The position numbers and the translations under genes are program-made. From Octopus vulgaris (taxonomy: Eukaryota): a stretch of DNA of 64,000 bases. The notes below the pieces were generated by a model, which did no database searches, was not told where the DNA came from, and saw nothing but the letters and a program-made list of their open reading frames with translations. Position 1 is the stretch's first letter; each line of letters begins with the position of its first letter. Of the stretch, positions 12,821 through 28,814 are shown piece after piece. The DNA lies in the NCBI GenBank assembly GCA_951406725.2, contig OX597830.1:75764001-75828000 (forward strand). The letters are read 5' to 3'.

Positions 12821-13376
12821 GAGTGTGAGAGCAGTGCATGCGATCAAAGTGACACTGGGGCACAAATATACGAAGCCCAGTATACCCATCATGACTACCT
12901 ATCTGATAAGGGTACACCAGGCACATGCATCACAACCATATGTGCGCGACATGGTGATCTCATATCAAGATAAACAGCGCATGACCTTGCAGTTGGGGCC
13001 CATTAGAATTTTTCTTCTGGTCGAGTAAGGCAATCCGCACAAAAGTTCCTTGAATAAGGATTGTTTAAGGATGTTGAACGTACCACCCATGTTTCCAAAG
13101 TTGAATTATCCAAACCTCCAAGAATTCCTTTCAACACACGGCTGTGATGCTCCCCCAGTACTTCTGCTCATGATAAGAGATGCACATATCGTCAGCCACA
13201 AAGGGACATGGTCAACTGGTTATGGTCAAACAACTGACAAGCAAATCTGTGGTATTGAGCAGAATATTTGCTGTAGCCCATCTTTCATACGAAGACAAAA
13301 CAATTTACTTGATAACACTTCCAATCAGTTAAGATCAGATGACATGAGAGCCACTGTGTGGTACTGCATCAGGGTA
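12821..13376 (-). mobile_element. ~555-bp non-coding element embedded in (TAA)n
   Basis: Flanked by TTA tracts on both sides; an internally deleted copy lies at 36978-37257 (+), also in TAA. Confidence 0.8.
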
Positions 13377-13396
13377 TTTATTATTTATTATTATTA

Positions 13397-13539
<143 letters not shown>

Positions 13540-14519
13540 GCTGTTGTTGGGTGCATGTATACGCGTATTAAACTATACGCTATCATAGATCTATTTCAGC
13601 CGATCTTGCCAATATGTTTTGAAAAAGCTTTAGTGTGAGAAACCGTTTAATCTATCATTCCAGATTCGATTTGCTGTTATTACCCTAAGATACGTTGTAA
13701 AGTATTAGAATGATGTGCAAATGTGTTCAAGTCATGTCCAACCTATTCTATTCATCTGTGGAATATTGTTTATGGAGTATTACAATGTTCAATGAGTCTT
13801 CGCTTGAAACCGTTTTCTAGTACAGTTTGTTGTATGTCTCGATACTGTTTTTAGAAGGCCGAGGAATCTGGTAGAAACTTCATTGTTTGCTCTTTCAGCA
13901 CTCCGTTAACCATGATACTCTGAATTTATAATCAAAGGTGTTTTACTCATTGCCATACCTTACCTTTTTTCAGGCATAGTGAATCTATGAATAAGCTATC
14001 GAATGCATTCTGTGATTTCTAGTAGGCTGTGTTGCCATGAAGTGACTCCTGTTTAGATCTTTCCATTATACAATGATAAATAACGTAGGTACGAATGCGC
14101 AAACATTTAGGACCAGGACATTCACCAGCTAGTCAGACCTAGAGCTGGGATGCTATTTTATTTTATCGACACAAGGAGAAAAAGGTGCAAAAATGATCTC
14201 ATCAGAATTTGAACATTGGGAAGTACATCAATCGACCTGGTCCCAATATCCTTCTCTGATATGAAATCAATATATCAGAGATAATTGTTACTGCGATAGC
14301 TGTTGACTGTTGTCACTGTTGTTTAAGTCCATTAGCTCTAATCAAGCTAATTAGCTCTAATCAAGCTAATTAGTTTTAATCAAGCAGACATATGATCGAC
14401 AGCAATTGAGCTATGATCTCCTGTCTGTTATATTCCTGTCTAAGAATACATCATACAGTACGTGTTCCGTTTATTTTTAAGAAAATATGGTATTGATTCA
14501 GGGCGAATTTCTTCAGACT

Positions 14520-15400
14520 GAGGGACAGCATTGAGACTCCTGCGGATATACCTCTAGAAATTTACAGACCATATCCATTTGCATGACGTCCGGTACCATC
14601 ACTATAACGATATCCGCATAATACGCTACGGATCTCCTCATCCCAGCTAGGATGTGTGCTATGCACCTCAACACCCGCTATATTCAGGAGCCATGGATCG
14701 ACCGTACACACATAGAGATAAGTCCACCACTAAAACTTGAAGTGCAATGCAAAATGGTTCCAAGAAGTAATCATTCGCTCGAACTATCCACCTGCTGGTA
14801 CAGTTCATAGCTATGGTTCAGCCTTTGAAAACGGGACCAAAACCGGCTACCTTGAGGACATCTGGTAAGTTGTGATGGTCTGGATTATTTAAAGCTATCG
14901 ACTATTCCAAATTGATCAGTTCCCTGTTGAAACAGATACTTATTCACACTTGCATGAAATACCTTTTGGAGATTGCCTTAGATAAATCTCTAAGGGACAT
15001 TTTCTGTTTGCACTTCCCTGATCAAACAACCGAAGACAAAATCCAAGACTCTCCCTAGTATCTCAGCTTTGCATTCAGCAGAATTGTGAACCAGGCGTTA
15101 TCGATTACGTTATCCATGTTCACATCTTTCTATAGTGTTATCACTTCCACCCACTGGTTTACAGAATTAAGAATACGTTTGATCTGCTTCTTGTTGAGAT
15201 AGGCTTCTGCAAGGAGGTCACTGAAGTTTGGTATGCCTCGTACAGCACTTTGAGTACGCAATCCAAACTGGGAAATTTGCACCGAGGGCAAACAATCAAG
15301 TCTTCTTGTATTTCTCAGCTTTTACCCGGCTTTTTGGTTGTACCTAAAGTTTTCTGGCAAGAATCTCTGCGTCCATGAAGGAAACTAGCAATCTCAACAT
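14520..15400 (-). pseudogene. Highly decayed L1/Tx1-clade LINE reverse transcriptase
   Basis: Minus-strand relics in the expected order: RLDCLP (GLDGLP), ILLNAKL, LINLE*SIALNNPDHHNLPDVLKVAGFGPVFKG* (LINLDQ.KAFD.VDH..L..VL...GFG), VRANDYFLEPF, AYYADIVIVMV (AYADD). Confidence 0.7.
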
Positions 15401-16491
15401 TCTTAGTTCAGTCGAACGTTTTGAACACGAGAGAAAATGCTTTGTCTAATTACATTCAGCATCGTAAGAAAAATTACACGAATGAACGAGTTGAATAACA
15501 GATGGACACAAGCAGAACTAAGATGATACAACATGTAGTTAAATTTGATGAAAAAAAATCTAATCACAAAATAATTAACAATAATTGTTGATCACTTTTC
15601 AAACGAAAAGAAAAGCAGTAAAGACTGGTGTTTCGAGGGATATTTTATTGAAGTAGAGTAAGAAGCAAGATAAAACAAACAAGAAAAGAAACGATACCTG
15701 TTTGAAGCATTTTGTATTTTGGGGCTACGTTTAGTATGACGCTGTATGGCTGATTCATGCACACAAGTATTGAAGAAATCTAGTTTATACTTGTTACAGA
15801 GTTACAAACGTCTGGATGGTTCTATACGATTGTCACATTCATCCATGTTTGGGTTATCTGAACGCAATTTCAGAATTTCACTAAAACTCGATTCTATAGC
15901 GCGACTAGAATACGGAGTTAGACGTCCTCGGAAAAGAGTAGAAAATTGAAAAACTGCAGTCGTCCTGTTCCGATCGAAGAATCAATGGCCACTAGCATAG
16001 ATGCTTGCTTTCACATCGAAAGTCACACACACAGAGAACAATATACATATATTCATGCAGACACAGACAAACTTACATGCATACCTATAGAACTACATTC
16101 GTGAAAGCATACATATGAGTACTATATACGTGAAGATATTTATAAATTTGTACATAGACAATATGTAAGACAATATATAACAAGTGTTTCAACAACTAGC
16201 AAAATAACAAACAATTGACATCAAGTCAGGAGACATATCTTGTTTCCGCTTCATTCATAATGTAATAAATATATATATATATATACAGACTTACGCACAC
16301 GCACACACATCGAGACACACAGATGCATGCACACATATACATAGATCATAGAGATACATATATATTGATATATAGTTATATATATATATATATACATACA
16401 TAAATATTTCTATATATGTATATATGTATATATATACATGTGTATATATATACATGTATGTATATATATATATATATTTATATATATGTAC

Positions 16492-16541
<50 letters not shown>

Positions 16542-17059
16542 GTATATATATACAAAGTAGTAAATATATGTATTTTTCCCTCGCGGGCTATTCTTTACTG
16601 GATAGCAATACAGTAGTATTGCATTACTAATTTATATCTATCTATATATATATATATATATGTATGTGTGTATGTATGTACGTAGGTATATATTTACTTT
16701 TATATGTATATTCAGATATACACATGATGCGTCTTTGTATGTCGATTTCTAATTAATTATCAGTATGTGTATGGTCTGTGTACACAAACATATAAGCATA
16801 CTCCCCATAAAACAGTCACACACATATGTATTCATATATGTATATATATAATATATATCTGTAAATAGGTGTGTGTGCGAATATATACACGTATGCATGT
16901 ATACATATATGATTTTATACACACATATACACATGTATATATATATACACATATACATGGATTATTTTGCATTTAAGAGTGTGTTGTGTTGTGTTTGCTA
17001 GCGACTTTGTGTATAGGCTTAAACGAATATAGATGACAGTATACAAATGTACGAAACAA

Positions 17060-17418
17060 TAAAGAAAGAAAGAAAGAATAAAGAAAGAAAGAAAGGAAGG
17101 AAGGAAGGAAGGAAGGAAGAAAGGAAGATAGAAAGAGAGAAAGAAAGAAAGAAAGGAAGAAAGAAAGAAAGAAAGAAAGAAAGGAAAAAAGAAAGAAAGA
17201 AAGGAAGAGGAAAAGAAAAAAGGATAGAAGAAGAGGAGGAGGAAAAAGAAGAAGAAGAAGAAGAAGAAGAAGAAGAAGAAGAAGAAGAAGAAGAAGAAGA
17301 AGAAGAAAGAAGAAGAAGAAGAAGAAGAAGAAGAAGAAGAAGAAGAAGAAAAAGAAGAAGAAGAAGAAGAAGAAGAAGAAGAAGAAGAAGAACAACAACA
17401 ACAACAACAACAACAACA
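17060..17418. repeat. Long polypurine (GAAA/GGAA/GAA)n tract followed by (CAA)n
   Basis: Directly visible. Confidence 0.95.
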
Positions 17419-17759
17419 GCTACAAATGTCTACGGGTGTTTGAATTGATTAAATATCAAGCCGTATGCTTTGCAATTGTTTTCGCTTGTGTAATATCAGT
17501 CTGTAGGAATATGATTGAGTGAGAGAATTAAAGATTACAATTTTTTGGCGTGGTGGGGCTGGGTTGGAAGCATTCGATGGGTGGAGGGGGTGAGGTGGGG
17601 GTGGAGCTGAGACGCGGTTTGTTTTTGCTCTTCGTATAAATATTGTTAAATAAAGAAGAAAGCATACGAAATGAAACGAAAAGGAAAGGATGGCTTTAGA
17701 ACAAGACAAAAAAGAAACTAGAAACGAAAACGAAGACAAGAAAATAGACGGGAAGAAAT

Positions 17760-17837
<78 letters not shown>

Positions 17838-18004
17838 GGGGAGGATGATAATAATGATAATAATAATACTAATGAAATGGTAAATCAATAAAGTATACAA
17901 AGAAATAAGAATTTGAAAACTATGGTGAAACATTGCATATTAAAAGGCCCGGACGTTAAACAACACCATATTACACTGCGCTGAACATTGAAGATGTATA
18001 TATG

Positions 18005-18126
<122 letters not shown>

Positions 18127-18535
18127 GTGTGTGTATACAAATATATATATACATATATATATATGTACATAGGATACATACATACATGCACATATATATA
18201 AATGTATATATATGTATTTATATATGTATATATATATATGTAGGTATATTGATATGCATGTGTATGTGTGCATGTGCGCGTGTGTGTGCATATGTATGTG
18301 TTCTTATATATATTTATATATATATATGCATGGTTTATATATGTATGCATATACATTTGTATGCATGTAGTTGTCTTGATACGTATATATGTCGGTATGT
18401 GTGTAACTGTATACACGATGTATGTACTCATATATGTATAGTATGTATGTATATATATATATTTGTATGTAAGTAAATATGTATAAAAATGAGTGTACGT
18501 ACCGTATATATGTATGCACATTCGTATATGTATAC

Positions 18536-18575
<40 letters not shown>

Positions 18576-18947
18576 GTACGCATATGTAAATATATATATA
18601 TATATATATACTCAGACTCACACACATACACACACATGTATATATATACACAAAGCTCCTATTACACATATATAAGTGTGTGTGCTTTTATATAGAGTAC
18701 AGTGATTGTGATGTATATGTCGAGTGTTTATTGAATATCGATTATAGTAAGAATTTCAAATCTACATATCTCGTTTGTGGTTGAAAGGAGAAGACTAAGG
18801 AACACAGGAATCCAATAGCAGAAGTCTTTTATAATTGAAAAATATATTTCTTCATTACACATCACATATGCATACATTTATACATATATACATACATACA
18901 TATATACAGACATATATATATATATATAGATGCGCATATATATATAT

Positions 18948-18985
<38 letters not shown>

Positions 18986-19048
18986 GTATATATGCTTATA
19001 TATATATATACATATATATATATACATAGATATATGTATGAATGTATG

Positions 19049-19082
<34 letters not shown>

Positions 19083-19172
19083 AAGAGAAAGAAAGAGAGA
19101 GAGAGAAAGACGAATGTTCGTACATATAGGGATAGATATATATGTATATAAGAATATGTTTCTATATATGTG

Positions 19173-19215
<43 letters not shown>

Positions 19216-19310
19216 ACAAATAGATACATGCATGCATACATACATACATAGATACATACATATATACAAGCAGACATACATATATACTTACATATATATA
19301 TATATATGTG

Positions 19311-19341
<31 letters not shown>

Positions 19342-19401
19342 ATACATATGGATACTATTATTTCTATTAATATTACTGCTATTGTTATTGAAAGTTGTGA
19401 T

Positions 19402-19432
<31 letters not shown>

Positions 19433-19790
19433 ACACCATCATCAGCACCATCATCATCATCAACGTGGTCGTCATCATCATCATCATCATCATCATCATC
19501 GATATATGCATCATCGGCCTCATTATTGTTGTTGCAGATTACGTTGCTATTCTCTCTGCAGTCGTCATCATCGTCATCATCATCATCACCACCATCCTAA
19601 TTATCTCTCTCGCCGACATCCTCCTCATCAATTTTACGATCACCCTCCTTTCCACCCCTCCCTTTCCTTCACCATCATCATCGTCTTCATCATATGTCCT
19701 TGTCGTCAACATCCTCGGCGTCATTTATATTTACTTTATTTGTTGCAGCTGCCGAATTCTACACACGCTGTGTGTGTGTGTGTGTATATA

Positions 19791-19870
<80 letters not shown>

Positions 19871-19987
19871 TGTATATATATGTGTGTGTATATATATATA
19901 GATATATATATATGTTTGTGTGAGAGAGAGTGTGTTTGTATGTATGTATGTATGTACACATATGTATGTATGTATGTACACATATAA

Positions 19988-20035
<48 letters not shown>

Positions 20036-20574
20036 TGCGTGTGTATGTATGTATGTATGTATGTATGTATGTATGTATGTATGTATGTATGTATGTATGT
20101 ATGTATGTATGTAGTTATATTGCTGTTTGTGTGAATGTATATCATCATGGGTGTCTGTGAATGTGTGCTTCTGCTTTTGTGTGTGTGTGTGTGTGTGTGT
20201 TTCTTTCGTATATTTCGGCTTTTTTGTTTTTTTATTTTCAGTGTGATTTTTTAGTATTTTGTTTATCTTGTTAAAACTCTCATTGTTGTGATCATCATAA
20301 ACATCATGGTTATGCCCATCACTTTCGTCGTCATCGTCATCAACATCATCATCATGAGCAGCAGCAGCAGCAACAACATCAACACCACTGACATCATCGT
20401 CATCACCATGATCATCGTCATCATCATCATCATCATCATCATCGTTGTCATTATTACCGCTACCTTCATCCTCATCATCCTTCTTCTTATCATCATCATC
20501 ATCATAATCATCGTCATCATCATCATTATCATCATCATCGTCATCACCATCATCGCCATCATCATCATCATCAA

Positions 20575-20623
<49 letters not shown>

Positions 20624-20782
20624 GTCATCACCATCATCGCCATCATCGCCATTATCACCATCATCATCATCATCATCTTTAGTTATTTTTCTTGGGTTGG
20701 GAGGCTGGGTTTTTCGGGGTTTCTTTGATTTTTATTTTCTTTGTAAATTCTACTTTTGCATGTTTCTCCTTCCATTTTATTT

Positions 20783-20817
<35 letters not shown>

Positions 20818-21064
20818 TTTGTTTGTTTATTTATTTAGAAAACTTTAGAAAATTGTTTCCTATTTAATAAGGAAACATGAAATATCTTTGAAAAATATGG
20901 TAAAATTTCATCATCAACTACAAACTTTGTTTCTTGTATTGAAAGATGAAGGAATATTTGTCTGTGAATCATTTCGTTCTTCAATTTCAGCAAATTAAAA
21001 TGAGTTTCTTATTATCAAAGCGTTGAACATATTAAAAATGAATCTAAAAATTTCACCGTTTGAA

Positions 21065-21315
21065 TTCTTCTTCTTCTCCTTCTCCCTTCTTCTTCTTCTT
21101 CTTCTTCTTCTTCTTCTTCTTCTTCTTCTTCTTCTTCTTCTTCTTCTTCTTCTTCTTCTTCTTCTTCTTCTTCTTCTTCTTCTTCTTCTTCTTCTTCTTC
21201 TTCTTCTTCTTCTTCTTCGTCGTCTTCTTCTTCTTCTTCTTCTTCTTCTTCTTCTTCTTCTCTTCTTCTTCTTCTTCTTCTTCTTCTTCTTCTTCTTCTT
21301 CTTCTTCTTCTTCTT
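21065..21315. repeat. (TTC)n tract, ~250 bp
   Basis: Directly visible. Confidence 0.95.
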
Positions 21316-21350
21316 TGCCGACACTCATACAGCCACACAAACACATGCAA

Positions 21351-21382
<32 letters not shown>

Positions 21383-21715
21383 TCTTACACACATTCACAA
21401 ACGTATAAGTAAATGCACAAACACACATACACTTACTGACACACAAAGAAAGAAAGAGGAAAATGAAATTTCAATTTCACCTCACCACCATCACATTGTA
21501 TATTCTTTATATAATTGTTGTTGTTGTTGTTATTATTGTTACTTTAGTTGTTCTCCTTCTTGTGGCTGTGTACACCATCATCATCATCATCATCATCATC
21601 ATTATCAAGCGCCTTATTCTAAACTGTATTAATATAATTATCAAGTATTAACGTTAGTATTCAAAATAATATTTTATTACTACTACTGTTACTTATCTTT
21701 GTTGTTCTTGTTTCC

Positions 21716-21782
<67 letters not shown>

Positions 21783-21961
21783 GTTAAAGACATATTAATA
21801 CAAATTTCTTTACCGTGTATATTTCCATTTTGGTCTCAATTCATTTCTATGAAAGTCCTATCCACATACACACAAGCACACACAAACACACACACATAAA
21901 CACACATACTCTCTCTATGTCATGTGATATAATCTCAGTTGTTGCGATTCTGCGGACGTTA

Positions 21962-22097
<136 letters not shown>

Positions 22098-22133
22098 CAT
22101 CATTATTGTTATTGTTATTATCATCATCATTGC

Positions 22134-22170
<37 letters not shown>

Positions 22171-22317
22171 GCTTATATATTTAAGTCTTTCATATGCATC
22201 ATTCTTGGGATATCAGTTAAAAACGGCTAATTTTTCTTGTTCTTTCATTTTGCCAGTTCTGCTACAAACCCTATACATTTTATTTTCTGTTATACGAAAA
22301 TGAAAAAAAAAACATAT

Positions 22318-22711
22318 AGAAGTGGCTGTGTGGTAAGTAGCTTGCTTAACGACCACATTGTCCCGAGTCCAATCCTACTGCGTGGCACCTTGGGCAAGTG
22401 CCTTTCATTATAGGCTCGGGCCGACCAAAGCCGTGTGAGTGGATTTGGTAGACGGTAACTGAAAGAAGACCGTCGTATATATATTTGTGTGTGTGTGTGT
22501 GTGTGTGCCTGTGTTTGTCCTCCCACCATCGCTTGACAACCGATGTTAGTTCTTTTTACGTCCCCGTCATTTAACAGTTCGGTAAAACGATAAAATAAGT
22601 ACTAGGCTCACAGTGAATAAGTCCTGGGTTGATTTGTTTGATTAAAGGCTGTGCACCAGCATGTCCAAGGTCAAATGTCTGAAACAAATAAAAGAATAAA
22701 AGAATAAAAGA
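22318..22711 (+). mobile_element. SINE family A, full length
   Basis: Head, body and ataaaagaataaaag tail. Confidence 0.9.
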
Positions 22712-23115
22712 ATATATATATATATATATATATATATTTCCAGATGTTTCAATGAGCTGACTTAGAACGAAGGTTCTCCACAAGGTCCACATAGTTTCTT
22801 GTTTCTTTGGTCTCTTGTCTTGAAGGACCACAGTATACATCCCGACAATTGTCTGCATTTTGCTACCATCTTGGTAATGTGCATATAAAATGATGCATCA
22901 TTGCACATACTGATCCCCAAGTCTGTGACTCTGGAATTGCAGTATATGCAGGCTGTAGTGCATTCGTAGTATGTAAGTGTATATGTATGTATGTATGCAT
23001 GTATGTATTTATGTATGTATGTATGTATGTATGTATGTATGTATGTATGTATGTATGTATGTATGTATGTATGTATGTATGTATGTGCGCTTCTCTCTCT
23101 GTCTGTCTATATATA

Positions 23116-24219
23116 TCTGTATACAAAAATGGCAATTTCTGTCTGTTTGTGAATTTGTTACTTTAACTCCTCCGAGATTATCCAACCGATCTTGATGAAA
23201 TTCGACACGCGTGTAGGGCTTATGCCCATGCGGTCACCTACGCACTTATAATTTCAAAAAATTGTCAATTTTTAATAAGCATCGATTTTTCAAAAATCAA
23301 TAGGACATTTCAATACAAATTCTCATATGAATTTGACTTTCTGCCATAACTTTTTAAATTTTTCACCCTATTTTCTTGAAATTTTATACACAGATGGAAT
23401 ATGCGCTAAAGATGGATTGAGACAAATAGATATTTACCTAGACCACCCAAGCAAAGCGTAAAATGATTTTTGATTAACTGATCAACGAAATTTGGCCTAA
23501 ATTGTTGTGGGGTTTAACTGTTCATCACTTATTTCAGCATTCACAGGTGGCTGTAAAATGTATTTTCTTAAAACCTGCACCTACAATTATCGATTGTAAA
23601 GGTTGAAGCGTTGTGTGCTAAACATGTAACACGTATTTTCTTGACACCTGCACTTAAAATTGTCGTTTCTAACCGTTGTAATCGATATTTGATTCTCACG
23701 ATCAGTGGAACTATACCCATGAAACACAATCGTCAAATTAAGCACGTGTGCACTTAAAATTTTCTCGCTTGTTGATAGAGAATATGCCGCCAAATTACGA
23801 AAAATCTTCATTTTTGTATGCTTATTTTCCCTCCTCATAGCATCTTAAGACTCTTATGACCATATTGTCGTCTCTACACTCCAGTCGTTTTTCAAGAATA
23901 AAATCTCTTTTCTCTAAATAATTTTTTGTTTCTTTTTCAAACATTTATGCTCTTTTTTTTTCATAGCACTCCTTTACAATTCCATCCTTGATGTTCCCAT
24001 TGGTTATATATTTCCAGCTTCCCACTCATCTGACCAAACAATTGTCATTTTCCGATTCTACACGTATTTATTTGTATTATTGTTTCGTGAAGAAATTTGC
24101 TTACGCCTTCTATTATCTGTCCTATGTCTTGATTTCATTTCTCGTCTGAGAGAAATTAGGCATTGTAAACGGTACTGGGAATATCCCCGGTCCCGGATAT
24201 TACCGGGTACCTCAGCTAG
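23116..24219 (+). mobile_element. Non-autonomous Helitron
   Basis: A|TC 5' end with tctgtctgtttg and ccgatcttgatgaaatt; 3' hairpin cccgg-atatta-ccggg followed by CTAG|T. Continuity of the middle is inferred. Confidence 0.7.
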
Positions 24220-24235
24220 TATATGTATGTTTCAG

Positions 24236-24295
<60 letters not shown>

Positions 24296-25966
24296 CTGAA
24301 ACAACTGCAATTAGCCCCTTGTCCTTCTCCTCCAACTCTGATTTTTTTTTTTACCAGTAATGACTTGTTTGATATTTCCAAGAGAATACCGCTTCCACAA
24401 TAAATAGAATTTCAAGACACAGATAGTCTATGTATCGAGGCAGCGAGTGATGTGACTGGTAAGCGGTGTCACCAGACGCCTGTCACTAAGAAAGTCCAAT
24501 AAAATGAAATCACGCGATCTGGCATTAATCTGTCAGTGATTTGACAGGGATCCTACAGCGCCCGAAACAGACGATTCTCGTCTGCTACGATTTATATGTG
24601 CTTTTATTTACCATGCGCCTATATAAGAGGTCCGTCAAGTCTAATAGCGCAGGATTCCACGTTGTTGATATATTGATTGCTTTTGGTGTTTACACTTCTT
24701 CTGTTGCTCGTATTGTCATAAATTTAACCGAATACCGGTTGTCAACCACTTCGTACTTTAATTTTATTATAAACGTATCTGTTTGATTGAAACATTGCCG
24801 ATAGTCAAACTTCATTAGTTGTGTATAACATCCTATCCTTTTCTGCTGCAGTTCAAATAAGGATTTAGAAAAAAAATCAGTCTGAGCGTTAACTGTAGGT
24901 ATTTTTTATCTTACTTCATTAGTTGTATGATGACCTGAATGCATCTATCTGTATGTGTGTTTGTTTGCATGTATGTATGTATGTATGTGTGTCATTATTC
25001 AGTTTCATTTCAAAATTTCTTGCCAATAGTGAAAGAGATGGTTTCAAACCTAGATCAAAGGCTCCTTCATTGGAACTTCAACAACATCAGGGTATTTTTG
25101 TTTCTGTGTATATTTTGTTTTATCTATGCAGTCTCATGCATGTCTAGATATGCTCATATATAAATGACAAACTTCTGGAAAGTTTCACAGATTTTTACAT
25201 TTCCAGTAATGAGTGGATCTACAATATGTATGTAGTACGTATGTATGTGTGTGTAATACGTACGTATGTATGTATGAATATACGTATGTATGAATTGGTA
25301 TAAGTAAGTTTGAATATATCTTTTAGCATGCGGATAGAAGGAAAGACGTACTCAATATGAATTATTATCACACAGTAAAAGCACCCAGAATATAATATAA
25401 TGCTTATGCTCTCTAAATAAAGTTTATAATAACGTAAAACAGTTACTATGTAAGTACGATACGTAAATATTATAACATACCTTCGTACGTAGTGTATAAA
25501 ACTTAAACATACGTATAGTATAAAACAAAGTCATATTCACAGAGTGTGAAATTAATGCATTTGGTCACTTATAATATATATTTCACTTTATTGGTGCTAT
25601 TTATACATGTTCATAATGACGACTAATATCAGAGAACTACACATATTGGTATACTACCAGTGTAGCAAGTATTGGATATTTATTCACTTTCTTCTCGTAT
25701 TATAATGTTTTCCATGCTATAGTTCTTCCTTTTGAGTAGAAATTTGGTTTTACATGCTTAATGCTTCTATGATTTCCTTATATATTCCTGCATAAGTCTC
25801 TTTGTATGTATGTATATATTTATGTATGTACGTATTATATAAATATATATATGTATGTGTATTAGACATACGAGTATAATAGTTGTATCTATCAATTTAT
25901 ATATATATATATATACATATATATATACATATATATATATACATATATACATACATATATACACAC

Positions 25967-26012
<46 letters not shown>

Positions 26013-26261
26013 GTATGTAGGTATGTATGTATGTATCTATATATATATATATATACCGTTATTGGTCGGATCAAGAAAATGTAGTCCATCCAGTGACTGG
26101 TAAATATCAATATATTTAACTATATCATTTAATATTCTTTATAAATTTTGAGCCTGAATAATTACCCGATAATACACACCATGCTTTACTAGCTCGTCTG
26201 GCTATCATTGGCGGCATGAAACGTATAACTGTGCACATGGATATATATATATATATTTTTG

Positions 26262-26653
<392 letters not shown>

Positions 26654-26974
26654 TGTGTGTGTGTGTAAAGGACAACACAGTAGAAATACTTTTAGGAATA
26701 ACGATAAATTACCTAGACGTTTCGATGGAGCTTCGGCCTTTCAGTTCTTATTCCTTTCTCAAGAAAGTGTATAGGACAAGCATAAAGAGCGAGAGAAAGG
26801 GAATATTCATTGTAAAGAGAAATGGAACGTGCTTTGGTAACCAGATGAAAATGCTATTCTATATAATGAGCTAAGAGAGCAAATGAAGTGTTGTTAGATT
26901 CAGGTATAAGAGTGTATCTGTCTGGAAGCGGGAATAAGAGTAGTGGCTTGATGTGAAAGTAGGATATACATACA

Positions 26975-27012
<38 letters not shown>

Positions 27013-27018
<6 letters not shown>

Positions 27019-27222
27019 ATCTAAACAAGAAAAAACAAAAAAACACAACAACGCGAGGACGTGGAACAAATATAGTATTATTGGACGCTCAGGAAAGAAG
27101 GGAAGAAGGGGGGTTTAACGTTTCGAGCGGAGCTCTTCGTCGGAAACATAGAAGAAGGAAAGATCCAGAGAAGGGAAGATAGAGGAAAAAAATCGCCAAC
27201 GGTACACACGAGGTCACATTTT
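27013..27222 (-). mobile_element. Small non-coding repeat with hammerhead-like motif
   Basis: Same architecture as 26262-26522 (ttcctgagcg follows the motif in both) but diverged sequence. Confidence 0.6.
27113..27147 (-). ncRNA. Minimal type I hammerhead-like motif
   Basis: GUUU-CCGACGA-A-GAGC(UCC)GCUC-GAA-ACGU-U-AAAC. Confidence 0.6.
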
Positions 27223-28141
27223 GAAAGGCCGATATATATATTCGTAGTGAAAGCAATTATGCGGATAAACCTATTAGTTATAACAGCTTCGATTTTATAT
27301 ACAATGTGTGTATGTGTGTGCATGCAAGAAGAAAGAAAATACTGATTTTTAGACAATGAATATTTAAATATTAATTTATGGATATTTATACGGGGTGTTA
27401 GAAATTTATAAATTATCATGTTAAGTTAAGCAGGTAAGCAGTTTTTCATGCTGCACTGTAAGGTCAGAATGAAGTCTATTGTCAAAATGGAGGAAGCTTG
27501 GTGTTATTAGACAAAACTGTGAAACTCTAACGAATTGGCCAGACGTTGGCAAACCTTTATAAGCAGAGATAATTGTACCCACCAGTTTCTGTGCCGGTTT
27601 TTTCTGTGAGACAAAGTTGTTCAATTGGATTCTGGAAGCTATGATTGCCTGCTTAGTTTGTGCACATTGTGCTTTGTGTTAAGCATTTAGGGATTTATTT
27701 TATGCTCCAGGAATTCGCCAGAACTTTTGTCAGATTTAAAACAATTTCCGTGTCACATCTGGGTCCAAGGATCAAAATCCAAGGTTCGAAAACCGAATTT
27801 GTACTAAGATAGAAATCCAGATTTTATGGAATCCAAATTTTTGGAATGCATATTTTTGAAAAACCAAAATTGTGAGGCCAATTTTGGTGAAAACAAAAAC
27901 CGGGATTCGGAGTCCGAATTTCTGAACTGTATATATATGTTACCTTTGTAAATATTTTGACTGCGTAGCTGGTGTAGCATTTGCTTTTTGCTCGTGTATA
28001 TATTCGTTTTGTATGTAAGCTGCTCTTTATGCTGACTATTGTTAATAATATTTTAGAGCAAATTTTATGGTGTGTTGTTGTTTTGGGTTCACCGTATCCT
28101 CGCTGATTCTGTAAATCCAGGTTATGGCCACCAGGTCTTAA

Positions 28142-28810
28142 CATAGGTTTGATCAATAAGTATCCGGACTGGTGCTATAAAAACAAAACTACAAGAAGTA
28201 CCAGTTTGGTATTTAATCTCCTTCTTACTAGTCCCCTTTGGAAGCCACACACTTACTTCAGCACTGCTTCCTTTGATGGAAGTATTCCTGCAATCTGTTT
28301 TCTCGAATAATTAGCAGCTGCCTCGTTGCATTTAATTTTTGGAAGGAGGAAAAATTTGCAAGAGGCGAAATGTGGGGAACATGAAGGCGGTCGAACCTGG
28401 GGAATGCTGTGCCTAGCCAAACACTGCTGTACAAGCTGCGCTGCTTGGACAGGTGCTTTGTCATGGTGCAATTGCAATTCACTGGACTCATGCAATTGTA
28501 GTCTTTACCGAGTAATAGCATCCTGCAAACGCCGCAAAAGGTCGTGAGAGTACTCCCTGTTTACTGTCTGACCAGGTGGAACATACTCATGATGAACAAT
28601 CCCCTTATAGTCGAAGAAAATGGTCAAGAGGGTCTTCACATTGCTTCGACTCATTCATGCTTTCTTCGGTCTCGGAGAGTTTGGGGGCCTTCCACTGCGA
28701 AGACTGGACCTTTGTTTCGGAGTCATAGCCATAAACCCACAATTCATCACCCGTTATGACCGTTTTCAAAAAGTTTTAATCGCTCTCGACACAATCAAGG
28801 AGATTTTGTG
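28142..28810 (-). mobile_element. Mariner transposon 3' half, decayed
   Basis: VITGDELWVYGYDSETKVQSSQW, LHHDKAP, RPPSCSPHFASCKFFLLPKIK; TIR-like ttgatcaataagtatccggact at the left end. Confidence 0.85.
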
Positions 28811-28814
28811 ATCA

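Noticed and set aside
13600-14050. Minus-strand ENGFKRRLIEH resembling a GIY-YIG segment
   Set aside because: A single short motif with no supporting context
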